A stretch of DNA of 64,000 bases. Source: Takakia lepidozioides (taxonomy: Eukaryota > Plantae > Bryophyta). The notes beneath the pieces are model-generated. The model was not told the DNA's origin. It searched no databases and saw only the letters and a program-made list of their open reading frames with translations. The stretch's first letter is position 1. Each line of letters opens with the position of its first letter. A program made the translations under genes and the position numbers. This document shows, piece by piece, positions 1-12,455 of the stretch. Location of the stretch: the NCBI GenBank assembly GCA_030704615.1, contig CM060731.1:36084001-36148000 (forward strand), in the 5' to 3' direction.

Positions 1-442
1 CTCTTGCTGTATCCCGTGGATCAAAAGGAAGGAATCAGCATCCTTTATGTTACATTGGCTCATGTAAAAAGATCCTTGGTCTCACTTGGAGCTGCATGAA
101 TCTTTATAAGGTCTTTAGCATACTTAATCAACAGTCAACATGGCATGCATTTATCCCATCCGACAGATGCAAATACACAATATGGGAACTTAACCGGCAG
201 GTTTAATTGCAAGCTGAAGTTAAAAAAGAGTACGAATGACTCCAGCCAGAGCTAGTATAACCACCTGGCAGGCCTACCCATCCTTCTGAGTTGTCAAGTT
301 GGCAAGGTAATGCCCTCCCCCTGATGTGTAGGCTCTGTAGCATAACCTTTGACGTAAGCTGCAAACCACCTACATTGTGGCTCCAGTGTACCAACTAATT
401 GTTGCTTTACACACTGCTAATTTGGTTTTCTGCACTTTGCAG

Positions 443-802
443 GAGGAGCTCTATCTGTATGGGCAGGATATGTTTATTGCATCAGAAAATACCACCGTCT
501 TCCACTCAAAGGTGTACCAAGAAGCTTTAGAGAGAGACCATTTCCTTACGAAGAATGGAATTGATAGCACCCTCGATGCACTTAGATTGGATGCTTTAGT
601 CGCACCATCAGAGAGTGTGTCAACACTAGTAGCCATTGCTGGATACCCAGGCATATCAGTTCCTGCTGGCTATGATAAGGAAGGAGCTCCTTATGGAATA
701 GGGTTTGTTGGTAGGCAGGGTTCTGAGCCTACTCTCATTGAGATCGCATATGCCTTTGAGCAAGCTACCAAAGTCCGGAAGCCTCCTCAATCTCTCAAAT
801 AA
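443..802 (+). CDS. Amidase-signature (GatA-like) family protein, terminal exon; gene begins upstream of the window
   Basis: Acceptor ttgcAG at 441-442, then EELYLYGQD...LDALVAP...AIAGYPGISVPAGYDKEGAPYGIGFVG...SEPTLIEIAYAFEQATKVRKPP*, the typical plant amidase C-terminus. Confidence 0.88.
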   Translation, partial: EELYLYGQDMFIASENTTVFHSKVYQEALERDHFLTKNGIDSTLDALRLDALVAPSESVSTLVAIAGYPGISVPAGYDKEGAPYGIGFVGRQGSEPTLIEIAYAFEQATKVRKPPQSLK

Positions 803-849
803 AGGTCTACTAAGGTTACTCTGAGGTTTTCTTCTTGAACTCAAGGGCA

Positions 850-1490
850 CATTTTCAACTGTATGTGTGCCGAGTCCGATGGCAAATATTTCCCTACTAT
901 AGTCTCCTCCCCCTATGTACATCCCTTTCCACTCCAACCTAACTGAGTTCTGGGGATGGCGCTTCATGTGATACCCACCATTGCACTTGAAACACTTGTA
1001 TCCGCTCAACAGCATCACTGTCTTCCACAGAGTCAGACATGGGTTCATACCACTTCATGTCCATGCCGATGCCAATAGAGCCCCTTTGCTGTGCCTGCCT
1101 TCCACAACAAAAGCAAAAAACCGCTGATACAATCGCCTTGATACAGATGGCACAGTGACCAACTGTAGATTGTCAAGGGTAAAATTCCTTACCGTGTAAG
1201 TGACTCAGTAAAGTGCTGGAGCTCTTTTGCTCTATAGTAACACACCCTGTCATTCTTTACTGTGCATTGTACTTACTGTGATGTGCGCTTGACTACCTTT
1301 GTGCCTGTCTCCCACCCCCCACAGATGTCCACTCTTTTGCTCACAGGCTATAGTGTCCAAAGATAGATGGTCATCTAGACAGTGTCTATCAGACCCTATA
1401 TACTTTGTGGGTTAAATCAGAGGCCTGCAAAACCCTCCACAAGCACCAGGGATTATCACCTGACTTCCTCCGAAAGCCACATTGTCACAG
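850..1490 (-). repeat. Inverted duplicate of GH1 locus segment ~14890-15500 (intron plus the GSIGI.MDM.WYEPMSDS exon)
   Basis: Reverse complement matches 14890-15500 closely; ORF 656..1048(-) begins like ORF 15226..15450(+) continues (MNPCLTLWKTV.LLSGYKCFKCNG). Confidence 0.85.
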
Positions 1491-1711
1491 CGCCAATTCG
1501 TGAACATGTTAAGGATGGGGAAGAAAGTTTGGGTGTGAGTTGCAACCAGTTTCTTTCAGTCCAATCGGTTCTACTGTTTATGGATGTCCACTCATCAAAA
1601 TGTTGTTCCCAAGTGTTTATGGAGAAACTGGAAGGTCTCAGAAAATCTGAGTATTCCACATGACTCCTGATTTTAGGGCTCAACTTGATGGCTCCTTTTA
1701 GCTCAAGATAG

Positions 1712-2055
1712 ACCTACAGAGCCAGCTGACATGCTTTGCCATTAGCACTGTGGTTCATGTTGATCTAATAGGGCAGGTTTTGGAATGTAAAATTTCTGGG
1801 CTTTAACCATGTCGTTGATATCCCTGAACCAAAACTCTCTTATCTCAAGGATTTTGACACAACCCTCTTACAGCTTGGGCACAACTTCCAGTGATAGAAC
1901 GCCAATTGAATGCCCACAGGTACATTCTCCCTATCGATGGTAGTTTCAGCCACATTCTTCAGGTAACTCTTACACTTGTGCACAGCCATTTTTGGCATCC
2001 CTGTTTCATTCATGTACTGTCGAAGCAGCTTAATTAGGATAGAGCAGCCCGAAGA
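1712..2055 (+). repeat. Direct duplicate of GH1 locus segment ~11870-12245
   Basis: Shared blocks cctacagagc..gctga.atgctttgcc, ttagcactgtggttcatgt, cagcttgggcacaacttccagtgatag, ttctccctatcgatggtagtttcagccacattcttcaggtaactc. Confidence 0.85.
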
Positions 2056-3356
2056 GTAATGAAATTGAGCTGCAACTTCTGTGGCTGATGGACAGTCACC
2101 AATTGCTTGTACCCATTACCATAAGACATTTCACCGAAGCAATCCAAAAGAAAAGAAAGCCAGCAGTTAAGAATCAGTGCTTGCATTTGCTACATTTGCA
2201 ACCATTCTCTTCCTGAACAAAATTATCCGCGCAGCGCAAAACCAATCTACCTTTTCTGTCAGAAGAAGCACTGTGATGAGCATCTCCTACAGGACTCCAC
2301 CGAGCCAACGATAATTAAACTGTGGCTCAATAAGCAACATTTCATAATCTGAGTCTTATATACATACAACACGACCTTCCACTGATCCCCCACCCGCGTC
2401 CTCACTCAAGATGTGCAGAAAACATAGAGGCATTTGTACCTCACTTTTTAAATCAAGTGGCGAATCAATTACAAGCACATTGACAGTTGCCAAGTACTAG
2501 CCGAAGACAACCTTTCTCTAAGACCCGAAACCTCCTTGCCAATGCCAGACAAACACAGGACCATGTTCAGTGGGTCTTCAGCCTTCACTGAAAATAAGAA
2601 ACACTTTTCTTGCAAATCAAAGCTGCTCCTTAAAGTCACTGCCACAGAGAAACGAGAACATGAAGGTGAGATTTGAAGCAAACGTTGAATTGATCATAGT
2701 CAGACAAGAACAGGAGTCAGACTGCTCTACGCTATCATTGACAAGGAGAACAGTGTAAGACGTCAAACAAAGAGTTCTGCATCAGTGTCATTTGATAAGC
2801 CTTCACATCCCTCCTTGTTCCATCAAACATGACAAGGTAGGCCCTAGAGAGCCCACCGTTGGAAAACCAAATGTGACGGGACAACTAAAGTTGGGATTAG
2901 TCACAGCTCCAAAAACTGCACAAAATTGCTATGTCAAGCAGCAGTGCTGACATGCAATGTTCTGGAACCTAGACACTTCCAATGGGAATTCAAGCGACGT
3001 CTTCCAACGAAGACTGAAGACTGAAACCCTAAATCCTCCAACTCGAAATTGAACAAAAAGTTCTGTACTTGTGCTTCGCAAATCCCAAAATCGAGAAAGG
3101 GGGGATGCAAATGCATAGGAAAGTCCATAGCTGCGTAATCAAGAAAACAAAGACCGAAGGCCATTTACGTGCACCCACAATGCCCTCATAGAGACTCCAC
3201 CAGGGCATAAACTTGAGTCCACCGACGCTCTTGGTTGTCCAATGAAGGTAGCAGGTTGGAACAGGATCATACTAACGGCTTGCAACGTATAAATTAAACT
3301 AGCGCACCAATTCCAAAGCAACACAGATACGCCTGAAGTGACAGAGAGGGAGAGAG

Positions 3357-3689
3357 TCAGAGAGAACGTACAGATGCAGCGGCTTCCGTGGGCGCCTGGG
3401 ATTGGTCTACGTCCGAGGTGTCGAAGCCCCAAATGGGTGGCGGCTTAGGGAGGCGCTTGTACCGTGTAGGCCCTTTCCTGTTCTTGTCATACGGGTTGTG
3501 CTTCTTGGGCCTGGACTTGACATGGTGGGCGGTCGCCTTCTTCTGTGGATGCGACGAGCACTCAATGCTCAAAAGCGATGGAACATTCTTGCACCCCACA
3601 TTCCTGGCAGGATTCCTCAATGCAACTGACGACGAGATCGCAAGAGGGCTCAGAGTTAGCGATGCCAGAGACGAGCCCAGGACCGCCAT
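3357..3689 (-). CDS. PSRP6: Plastid-specific 50S ribosomal protein 6 (cL38) precursor
   Basis: ATG at 3689, Ser/Ala-rich transit peptide, then IECSSHPQKKATAHHVKSRPKK...YKRLPKPPPIW; the last codons may be cut by an intron (gtacgt near 3371). Confidence 0.88.
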   Translation of the reverse strand: MAVLGSSLASLTLSPLAISSSVALRNPARNVGCKNVPSLLSIECSSHPQKKATAHHVKSRPKKHNPYDKNRKGPTRYKRLPKPPPIWGFDTSDVDQSQAPTEAAASVRSL

Positions 3690-3759
3690 AGCTCCCTCAC
3701 TTTGCAGAAGACTCCCGCTGCGTTGTGTGTCCCCAAGAGAGTCCACACATTCTATCCAC

Positions 3760-3885
3760 TCTGCCACGTGGAAACTTTGGGATCTGGATTTTTGCCACGT
3801 AATACTATCAGGACCTGCCTGTGATGAGCACATATGAAATATAACGTACCAAATTCCGCCACGTGGTATGTTCGGGATCTGGATT
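3760..3885. promoter_or_regulatory. G-box cluster upstream of PSRP6
   Basis: gccacgtgg (~3763), gccacgta (~3793), gccacgtgg (~3858), plus two ggatctggatt motifs (~3780, ~3875). Confidence 0.55.
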
Positions 3886-4114
3886 GAAAAGCCCTTCCTG
3901 GAAAAGCCCTTTCTTCGAATATTTGGCAGTCGTCAAACTGGAGTCAGTTATGAAGCTCCAGATGGTTCTGTTTCTGTCAGTGCTTGCTGAAGCTGGCCTG
4001 CTGAGGTAGCTGACTGATAAGCTTGTAGTCCTGGCCTATGAGGGCGTAGTGCATGGCAATTGTTCCAGTTACAACTCTATTGGTAGATTTGCTCTTTAAT
4101 CATTCTTATACCAC

Positions 4115-4165
4115 TTGGGGTCTATGGCCACAAGGCTATGGCAAACACCGTCTTATGAGTACATT
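4115..4165 (+). mobile_element. Short 3'-end fragment of LINE family A
   Basis: ggggtctatggccacaaggctatggcaaacaccgtcttatgagtaca closely matches the LINE end at ~14836-14882. Confidence 0.65.
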
Positions 4166-4908
4166 CTTATACCACCTGTATATGGCACTACATTCGAAGT
4201 GCAGAACAGACACCACTTGTGTGTGTTTTTGTATGTGCTGCAGGATTTCATTTTGGGGAAGTTTCATGGTCAAGGGCGAAGCCCTGGGGCACTAGCTTTA
4301 GAAGAAGACATCAGGATCTAGGTGAGTCAATGGAGTAGATGCGGGAGAGAGTATACACAGACAGACATGCGCCAGCCAATGTAGTGTTGAAGGCATGTGT
4401 CCTCAAGCACAATTTGGTGCATAGAGTAGACCCTGTAAGGAGATGCTATCATTCCAATGCATAGCTTTCTTGTTCATTAGGAAATGGAGGTTGAAATCTA
4501 CCCACCCCTTCAGCACCCACAAACATACTGACCATGGTGTTCAAAAACGAAATTGGATTGTGGATTCAAGAGGAGCATGTATCATTGCAAACAGACTGGC
4601 ATCACTGCAGTGGAGGAATGTAAGACTTGCTTCTGCTGTACAATTTAAAACGCCCATACTCGTCATTGACTGCGGTACTAATCTCCTTCAGGATCCACTC
4701 AAGGCTTGTAAATGCAGCTCACCCATGTCTGAATGTGGTGAGTGCTTTATGAGTCACATACAACCTTCATCTTTCAACCCCCAAATCTAGGTTCCTGAGA
4801 GATTTTAGTACCGACATCCGCAATTGTGTAAGGAATTGATTCACTGTCCAACTGGGGTCCTTTGATCAGTCTGATAAATTTTTGTCCGAGGTTGTGACTT
4901 GTGACCCA

Positions 4909-5562
4909 CTACTTAAGTGCGTCAGCTGCCATCCGGTCAGCCCCTACGTTGTGCTCGCGCGGAACATACCAGAAGCGAATATTGACGCGATGCTCGACCA
5001 AGAGTCGCTTGATCTCATTGTCAAGACGCTGAAAGGCATCTCCATTAATGAGAGGCAGCCCACGAGCATTACGAAAATTGTTGGCTCGCCATTTCCGAAT
5101 CCAGTCTGTCATTGCCTGAACCACATAATTGGAATCCATGACCACAAGATATGTTGTTGTGCAAAAACAACGACCTTCTCGATTCCACTCAAAAATCTCC
5201 TTGAAAATATCGAGCGCCAAGATAGCTGCATGGATCTCAGCACTCTGGTTTGTTTGCGGCTCGCTCAATGGCAGGAGACACCCTTGGTTGTACCAGGCCC
5301 CAGGCCCACCATACACACCCATACTGGCCCGGGCTCGTGGCGTCCCGTTGCCACTGCATGCACCATCTGCATACAATGCAACACAATCCTTCTCCCGGCC
5401 ATTTATGTGGACCATCGTACAACAGTCGGGGTCATACATCAGAACCTCACTGGGGATGGCACCCGCACGGAACCCATACTCACACGGGTCAAATTTCCGG
5501 AGACCAACGTCGTCCCCTCCCTCGTCGAACCATTGGTGCACCTGGTCACTATGGCTCGACAT
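4909..5562 (-). CDS. Intronless ribonuclease H1-like protein, fungal/metazoan (Dikarya-like) type
   Basis: 217 aa; D-E-D-D catalytic set intact: YADGACSGNG, QTNQSAEIHAA, VMDSNYVV, RFWYVPREHNVGADRMA; basic protrusion WIRKWRANNFRN. Confidence 0.85.
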   Translation of the reverse strand: MSSHSDQVHQWFDEGGDDVGLRKFDPCEYGFRAGAIPSEVLMYDPDCCTMVHINGREKDCVALYADGACSGNGTPRARASMGVYGGPGAWYNQGCLLPLSEPQTNQSAEIHAAILALDIFKEIFEWNREGRCFCTTTYLVVMDSNYVVQAMTDWIRKWRANNFRNARGLPLINGDAFQRLDNEIKRLLVEHRVNIRFWYVPREHNVGADRMAADALK

Positions 5563-5656
5563 CGGAGCAAAACTGTGACTGAGGAACGACCAAGGAAAAG
5601 CTGGGCAAAGACGAAGGCTTAAACCCTGAACCCTGAATCCTAGACCCTTGATCTCA

Positions 5657-6290
5657 TCAGCTGGGTCGTGGGTTTTGGGCAGCTATGGAGGAGTACTTGA
5701 CTGCATGAGAATAAGCAAAATTGTCAAAGACAGTTGAGGATGTGATTGAAAGCGAAAGTAATTGTTCCCACTCCAAGCACTCCAAATCATCAACCTTACC
5801 AATATCTATGAAACGTATAATCCGCTTCATAATCCTGTGTGAGGATGACAGTATGTTGAGTGCATGTTGTAAGAAATCCATAATCATTATGTGCTCATGA
5901 AGTGCATCATTTTTCACTTGCATAATCTCTTGTAAGTAGGAGAATGTTCTGCAACCAAGAGCGAAATGAAAGCCCATCTGCTCCCACAAGGCTTAAATTA
6001 GGGAAGAACAACGCGAGGCTTATATCCCCACCTCAGGTGAAGCCTTGCCACGGAGTCATGTGGTAACTCCACATAATGCACTCTCCACAAGAATCAAGAA
6101 AAGTTCTTCTTTCAGATGTCTGATCACATGACACACCAAGCCTTGCCAGTAGGGACCCACCAACAAGAATATAGTGAAACCGGGGTCACTGACAAGACTA
6201 CTACGGGGATCAAATTCTTTCTTCGACTTGAATAGTGTCACAGCCAGAGAGCCCCGAGCCTCGGTTATACTAGAGGACATCCCATGAACT
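5657..6290 (-). mobile_element. Possible decayed Copia gag remnant
   Basis: RTFSYLQEIMQVKNDALHEHIMIMDFLQHAL loosely resembles the UBN2-type gag region; weak. Confidence 0.25.
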
Positions 6291-7363
6291 AGGAGATCTT
6301 AGCAACAAGAAGGTAAAACCAGTAAGACCCCAGTACTTAAAACACAAATAGGGTTCTAATCAAATTACATTATCTTCACCATATACAGAGATGAGCACAA
6401 TTTGACACCGAGTGTTGGCCACATACCATTCAAGCAGCAAAGCTCCGAAGATGTAAGTTGAGAGTACTACGACGGTGACACCGATGCGGCAGGAGGTATA
6501 CGAAGAGAATGCTTATGCTCGAGAGACGAAGTGATGAATTGGAGAGAAGAGAAGAAATTGGATGGGATGAACACAAATGTATGCAAAAGAGTGACAGGTA
6601 GAGCTCTACTTTGACGGCATACAGTTGTATATGTGTATATGTAGCAGCCCACTAGCCTAGACCCCTGTTGTACTCATCACACCTAACCGTAGAGGGCTGG
6701 GGTGATCTTTTTGGTGTACAAAGTACAAAGCAGCGTTGGACTGGTATATGTATTGGTATATGCGCTGGTATATGAGACCAGGCGGGTATCAGTTTTCTCA
6801 TACCAGCCACAATACCAGTACTCCCCTTTACTCTGGTATGTGTACTATATTAACTTATGTATGGATATGCCTACATACTTGTACTTATGTATATTCACTT
6901 CTTTATGTGTATTGTATTTGTTTTCACTTTTTTAAAATAAAATAAAAGGTCAGGCCCTATAATTCATATTATAAAGGTGTCTTGGTTTTCACTTGATACT
7001 TGCTATTGATAAACTTGTAAGTCAAGATGGCTTTGGAATGATACCAGAGTTGATATCTCATACCAGCTGGTATTGTGGTCATGATACTCATACTGTCCTG
7101 ACCAGAACAACAAGACCCACATAACTAAGAGCCACTTCACCTTGAGGTGTACTAATGAGAGGTCATATATCAGCCTCTATGGCACCCTTTTCGAGGTTAT
7201 TTTTTCCTCTTGTAATCTTGGACAATTCTTGGACAGTTCTGTTCCTCCTTAGCCTAACTCTTATATTATCCAGCTTGATGCTAGTGCAGTTGTCAAGCTG
7301 TGCTCCTGCTTCTCTGTTACTTCTATGCTCCCTTACTTTCCTGCTTTCATCCCCTTTACCTTA

Positions 7364-7767
7364 GGGTTACTTTCCATGTGACCGGTCCCGTTCTGCTGAT
7401 GTCACAGCAAGGGAGAATGGGTCCAGGCACCCTGTTCCATGCACTTCCATGGATGTCGAGACCCCTGCAGGGCCTGGCCGGTCCTACCCTGTGCCCAACG
7501 CCTCACCAAAAGTGAGGTGTTAGGCACATCAACCCATTCTCCACGGTTGACTTACACTAACCAGTATTTTTCCTCCCATGACCTGCTAAATAGGTCACCT
7601 TCCTCAACTCACGCAAGTGCCAAAGTGCAAGTGGAAGCCACCGGTCCCCTCCCTGCATGGAAAGGGGTGTGAGTGGATGTGACCCATGGTCAATACATAT
7701 GACCCGTGGTCAAACCCATTTTTGGATGATGTCATGTAAGGGAACGGGTTTACATGAAAAGTAACCC
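7364..7767. mobile_element. PIF/Harbinger (Tourist-like) MITE, 404 bp
   Basis: Imperfect TIRs gggttactttccatgtgaccggtccc / ggaacgggtttacatgaaaagtaaccc flanked by TTA on both sides. Confidence 0.8.
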
Positions 7768-7839
7768 TTAGAACTGTTGGCCCAGAGTTTTTCTTTTTTC
7801 TTTTTTCTTTTTTTTCTTTTTTTTTAAGAACCGGAGTGG

Positions 7840-7950
7840 TACCTCATTTCTCAGCCTTCATGGCTCTTGTAAGGTGATTTTTTTCTTACCTTATTAATAA
7901 AGTTTTACAGGGCTACAATCCACCTATTCTCTTGGAAAAAAAAAAAATTG
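7840..7950 (+). repeat. Dispersed short repeat family (SINE/LINE-tail-like); other copies ~23910-24030(+), ~26500-26592(-), ~45480-45610(-)
   Basis: Shared core ctcatt.ctcagcc.tcatgg...tgtaagg.tatttttt.cttacc...aataaa...cagggctacaatcc followed by an A-rich tail. Confidence 0.6.
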
Positions 7951-8928
7951 TGGCAAAGCTTGTGCCTTGTATATGAGCCGGAAATGTTGAACCCGTAGAG
8001 TAGCATCCCTTCCTCAAACGTGGCAGGAACACTACAAAGCGGCCGGTTCTACATATTATTTGATTTCGCAATCTTGATACCAACCCGGTTCCAGGTTAAG
8101 CTTTTTTTTTTTTTTTTAAATTAAAGTTAAGCATCTTGAGCATAGTTTTTTGTATTTTGATACCAAAACAACCAACATGTAGCCCAACGATAAGGGCATA
8201 TACCTCTTACAAGTGGTTGTGGGTTCAAACCACCTGTTAGTTATTACAAAGGTGTCCACCTTCCGGTAAGAAGGCGGTAACCCTTCTGGATCAAGTGACA
8301 CCATAAGTTAAGCTTGCTTCAGCAACGCGTCCACCTTTTTTTTTTTTTTTTTTGATACCAAGCAAAGTATCAATGATTAAAGATATATATATTATACGGG
8401 AAAATATTTAGGACTTATAAAATAATTCACTCCAATATCCCAACCGAGTATTGTATCCGAGTATTATTGTACGATATAACAGCAGGTAACTAGGCAATGA
8501 TCAGTATGGTGGCTGCTGCCTCTGTCTGTGCGCAGGCTCCTCTGATCTTCTGTGAGCGTAGGCCACCATTGAACTGAGATGTGGGACCAACAAACTGAAG
8601 GCCATTGTCAGTGCACAGCCGTAGCTCAATTGTGGGTGGAGCAGTCGCAGGGAGGGGAAGAACATTGATATGAAAGCAATGTTCAAATCTGTCTCAACTG
8701 CAGACTTGTGTTTGAGAAAGATGGACATGACTGTTAGAGTTACCCGCGTGGTGATTGTGATGTTGATGATCCCCAGGGCGGGGGCGCGTCCCTGGTTCAA
8801 TGGAGGGGGGATTGGTTCAGAAATTTTAATAACAGATTCACCACAGGCTGTTGGAGGATCTAACGTGCTTGGCAGAAATGACTTTCCCGCTGGATTTGTG
8901 TTCGGCACTTCCTCTGGTTCCTACCAGG

Positions 8929-8972
<44 letters not shown>

Positions 8973-11639
8973 CACACACACACACACACATAACTGGAAT
9001 TTTGTATTCGAGAGACTTTTCAGCGATTTTCGAAATTGGATTTTTCTGAACGGGTTACAAGTGAATGTCGAGCTATCAATGGAAAGACTCGTGACCTCTG
9101 CTTAAATGCTCTAGATCATTCCCAATAGAATTCACATGGCTCATGAAGATAAGAAGCAAAGCAGGGCACCTTACAGTACTGAATGTAAAGCTCTGGGGCC
9201 ATGAGCGTTCACCAGTGACCCAGTTGACAAATGTGGTGTGGCAATCGTTTTAGAAGTTTTAATTGGTCCGGGACTCACAGCATGTCTGTTTATCCTTCTG
9301 CTTTCAGTATGAAGGAGGTGTGAACGATGGCGGCCGAGGACCCAGTGTATGGGACACTGAAAGTCACACTCCAGGTTCGATTCCGAGCTCGTTTTCAACC
9401 GAGTGCTACAAGAAAAAAACTCCTGCTTGAATATAGTGAATCCTAGGAAACCCACATTGAAATTCCTGGTCACTCGAGAATAGTTTCCAGTTGTGGGCCT
9501 GAAGCTGCTGATCATTCCAGCAACCCTTTGTACCAAAGACTGAGAGGAAGATGGGTGGTGTGTCTATAGGGAGAATCAGTGAACAGCACGGGTGATGTCG
9601 CCGTTGATCAATACCATCGATATCAGGTTCGAACTACCTCTTTGCAGATGAAGTCTTTCACCATCAAAAGCATCTCCTTCGAGTATGTACTGGAGATTCT
9701 TTGTATTCTCGGATTTTAAGAGTTACCAGACCATGTACAGGTACTGCATTAATTGAAATTACACATGCGGGGCCGGTAGAAGTGCCTGCCTTCTTGAGGC
9801 TTGCGTTTCTGCTGAGGGAAGACCAGGTGGAAAACATGCCTTGGACCCCTTCATCCCCTTGATAGTGAAGAAGGATACCCATGGGTTCCTCGGAGTGAAG
9901 ATGAACATAGGATGTGCAAGACGTGCAAGAGAATTGACGTTTTTAGAGGATGTTTCTACACCATCCACTTCGGTGCAACAGCCTTGGGAATCCATATCTA
10001 GGAAAGCCAGGCTATGTTATAAAACGAAGAAATACCAAGGGAACATAGGTTGCATACGGGAGCTTGCCTCTACTAGGCATCACTTGGTCGATAACAAACT
10101 ACAGTGAAAAACCCTCCATCGATGCCGTACTCCCAATGATTTAACACTCATTTGACAGTATGTGAGATTTGGTAGCTCTAGTCATTCTAAGATGAAGTTG
10201 CAAGGTGATCGCTCTGGGAAGAAAATCGGCCAGTGAATCTAAATTGAATCTCAAATTATGAGGATAATCGGGTAGTGGGAACTAAGGAGGACATAGGGCT
10301 TATGGTGGACCTGGGCGTGGACGCCTACCGCTTCTCCATCGCTTGGACCCGCATATTCCCAGGTAGAGTTACAATCATCCACAAGTGCTTTCAGAGAAAA
10401 AGCTGCTATACTGATGTCAACATCCAATTTAGTACCATTTGCAGTCTGAGGTTATTAGCTCGATGTCCCTGAAGGATTGCCCACTTTGTCTTCGCGTATC
10501 TTTCCTCTTCTCCCTTCGTGCTGTTGAAGTAGTGAAGCAACAAGATTACTAGAGAATCACAATCACTCAAGTATTTTCTTAATGCAGATGGGAGAGGTCC
10601 AGCAGTTAATGAGGAAGGTGTGTCAACCGTCTGATTGATGGCCTCCTTGCTCACGGTAAGCACATCACCTTGCCAGGGTACATTAACACACAATTCAACA
10701 GGTAAATATAGTTGTAATGTAACCGCACACAAAGCCTAGTAGTGAAGATATACCAGCCTAACAAGACTCTGTGGTCTTAGGGCCTGTATGCAAGAGGTAG
10801 GCTAGTGCCCTGCTGTCTAGAAAGTACTGGGTTGAAAAGCCTGTCTTGATGATGCTTGCTACCTGTAGTAGAAATCTGCAAGGCATTTCGTCGTTGGATT
10901 TCATTTGATGTATCCGGCACTTGATATAATGGTTCGGGCAAATGGGTTCCCTTGAGTGCAGAAAAACCCACTGCCAGGGTGTATGTTACTCACAACTGGA
11001 ATTGTTTCTCCTTTATAAGTCACAATCGCTATGGGCATGGCCAGGCATCGAGCCATATGTCTCTCTCTACCATTTTGATTTTCCTCAAGCACTTTACGAC
11101 ACCTTTGGCGGTTGGCTGAGCCCATTGATTGTGTAAGATCTTCCATATCCTATGTCTCTCTCCTCTCTATCTGAGCTTGGACATGCATGCATTGTGGGGA
11201 TTCAAGTCTAGCTTCTTCTTTATTATGTAAGTGCTGTTCTGAAAGTACAAGACAGATTTTGTCATTCTCTATTGCAGAAGTAATCTTAGTGTAATACACA
11301 TTCATATCTGCTTAGGCACCTCCACTTGCAACTCATAGTCACTTTCTTTATAGCTGGAGTGAAGCTCATTATTACATTGTACATTACAACCAACCATGAG
11401 GGTTATTTCCCTTCGCTTTGGTGGCGGCCGCAAAGGCTATTGTCTTTTGTGTACTATCATTCAATTCATAAAACTGTTTGTCAGAGTGGGTTCATTTTGA
11501 TCCCCGCAGGCCTCTCTTTTCAGAGTATGCAGAGGCATGTTTTCATGCCTTTGGAGACCGGGTAAAGTACTGGATTACATTTAATGAGCCACACAATGCA
11601 GTATACTACAAGCTCAATGTAGGTTGCAAGGGCCCTTCT

Positions 11640-11735
11640 GGACGTTATAAAGCACCATTTCATTTCATTTCATTTCTCATTCCTTGAGCTTTCCGCGGAC
11701 GTAAGAAAGTGTCATTTTATTTCATTTCTTTCTCT
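11640..11735 (+). mobile_element. Tandem pair of LINE family B 3' tails with (CATTT)n end, interrupting the GH1 TFNEP exon
   Basis: gacgttataaagcaccatttcatttcatttcatttctc and gagctttccgcggacgtaagaaag..tcatt match the end of the LINE at 17150-17207. Confidence 0.75.
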
Positions 11736-12384
11736 TTATAGGGGTAACCAATTTCGTTCTTCTTTCTTTCTGAACTAATGGGAGCGTTATAAGCCATTGA
11801 AATATAGTTCATCAGGGCTGTTTTGAATCATAGGAACAGTTTTTCCAACTGTGTCCCTCCATCCACCGAGCCTACAGAGCAAGCTACAGAGCAAGCTGAA
11901 ATGCTTTGCCATATTAGCACTGTGGTTCATGTGGATCTAATTGGGCAGATTTTGGAATGTAAATTTTCTGGGCTTTCTCAATGTCATTGATTTCCCTGAA
12001 CCAAAACTCTCTTATCTCAAGGAATTTCACACAACCCTCTTACAGCTTGGGCACAACTTCCAGTGATAGAGCTCTTTATCTTCTTAGAACGCCAACTGAC
12101 TGCCCACAGGTACGTTCTCCCTATCGATGGTAGTTTCAGCCACATTCTTCAGGTAACTCTTCCACTTGTGCACAGCCATTTTGGCATCCCTGTGATATTC
12201 ATGTACTATGGAAGCAGCTTAATCAGGATAAAGCAGCCTGGAGGGCTTTGAATCAGGCGTGTTTGTCATTTTCTACTGCAAAGTCACTAGACAACAGGTA
12301 GTCAAAGTGGTATGCTGAAATGAATATGCCTCTGTCAATGAAAGAGGGAGAAAGAATGTACTCACAAGAGGGGGAGAGGGACAC

Positions 12385-12455
12385 AGAGAAATGAAATGAA
12401 ATGGTGCTTTATAACGTCCGCGGAAAGCTCATAGAGCTTATGGGACAAAATGGAA
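12385..12455 (-). mobile_element. LINE family B 3' tail copy
   Basis: gaaatgaaatgaaatggtgctttataacgtccgcggaaagctcatagagcttatgggacaaaatgg is the reverse complement of the family B tail. Confidence 0.75.

Noticed and set aside
3388-3837. 149-aa plus-strand ORF
   Set aside because: Antisense shadow of PSRP6
4882-5622. 246-aa plus-strand ORF overlapping the RNase H
   Set aside because: Antisense shadow of the RNase H ORF with no recognisable motifs
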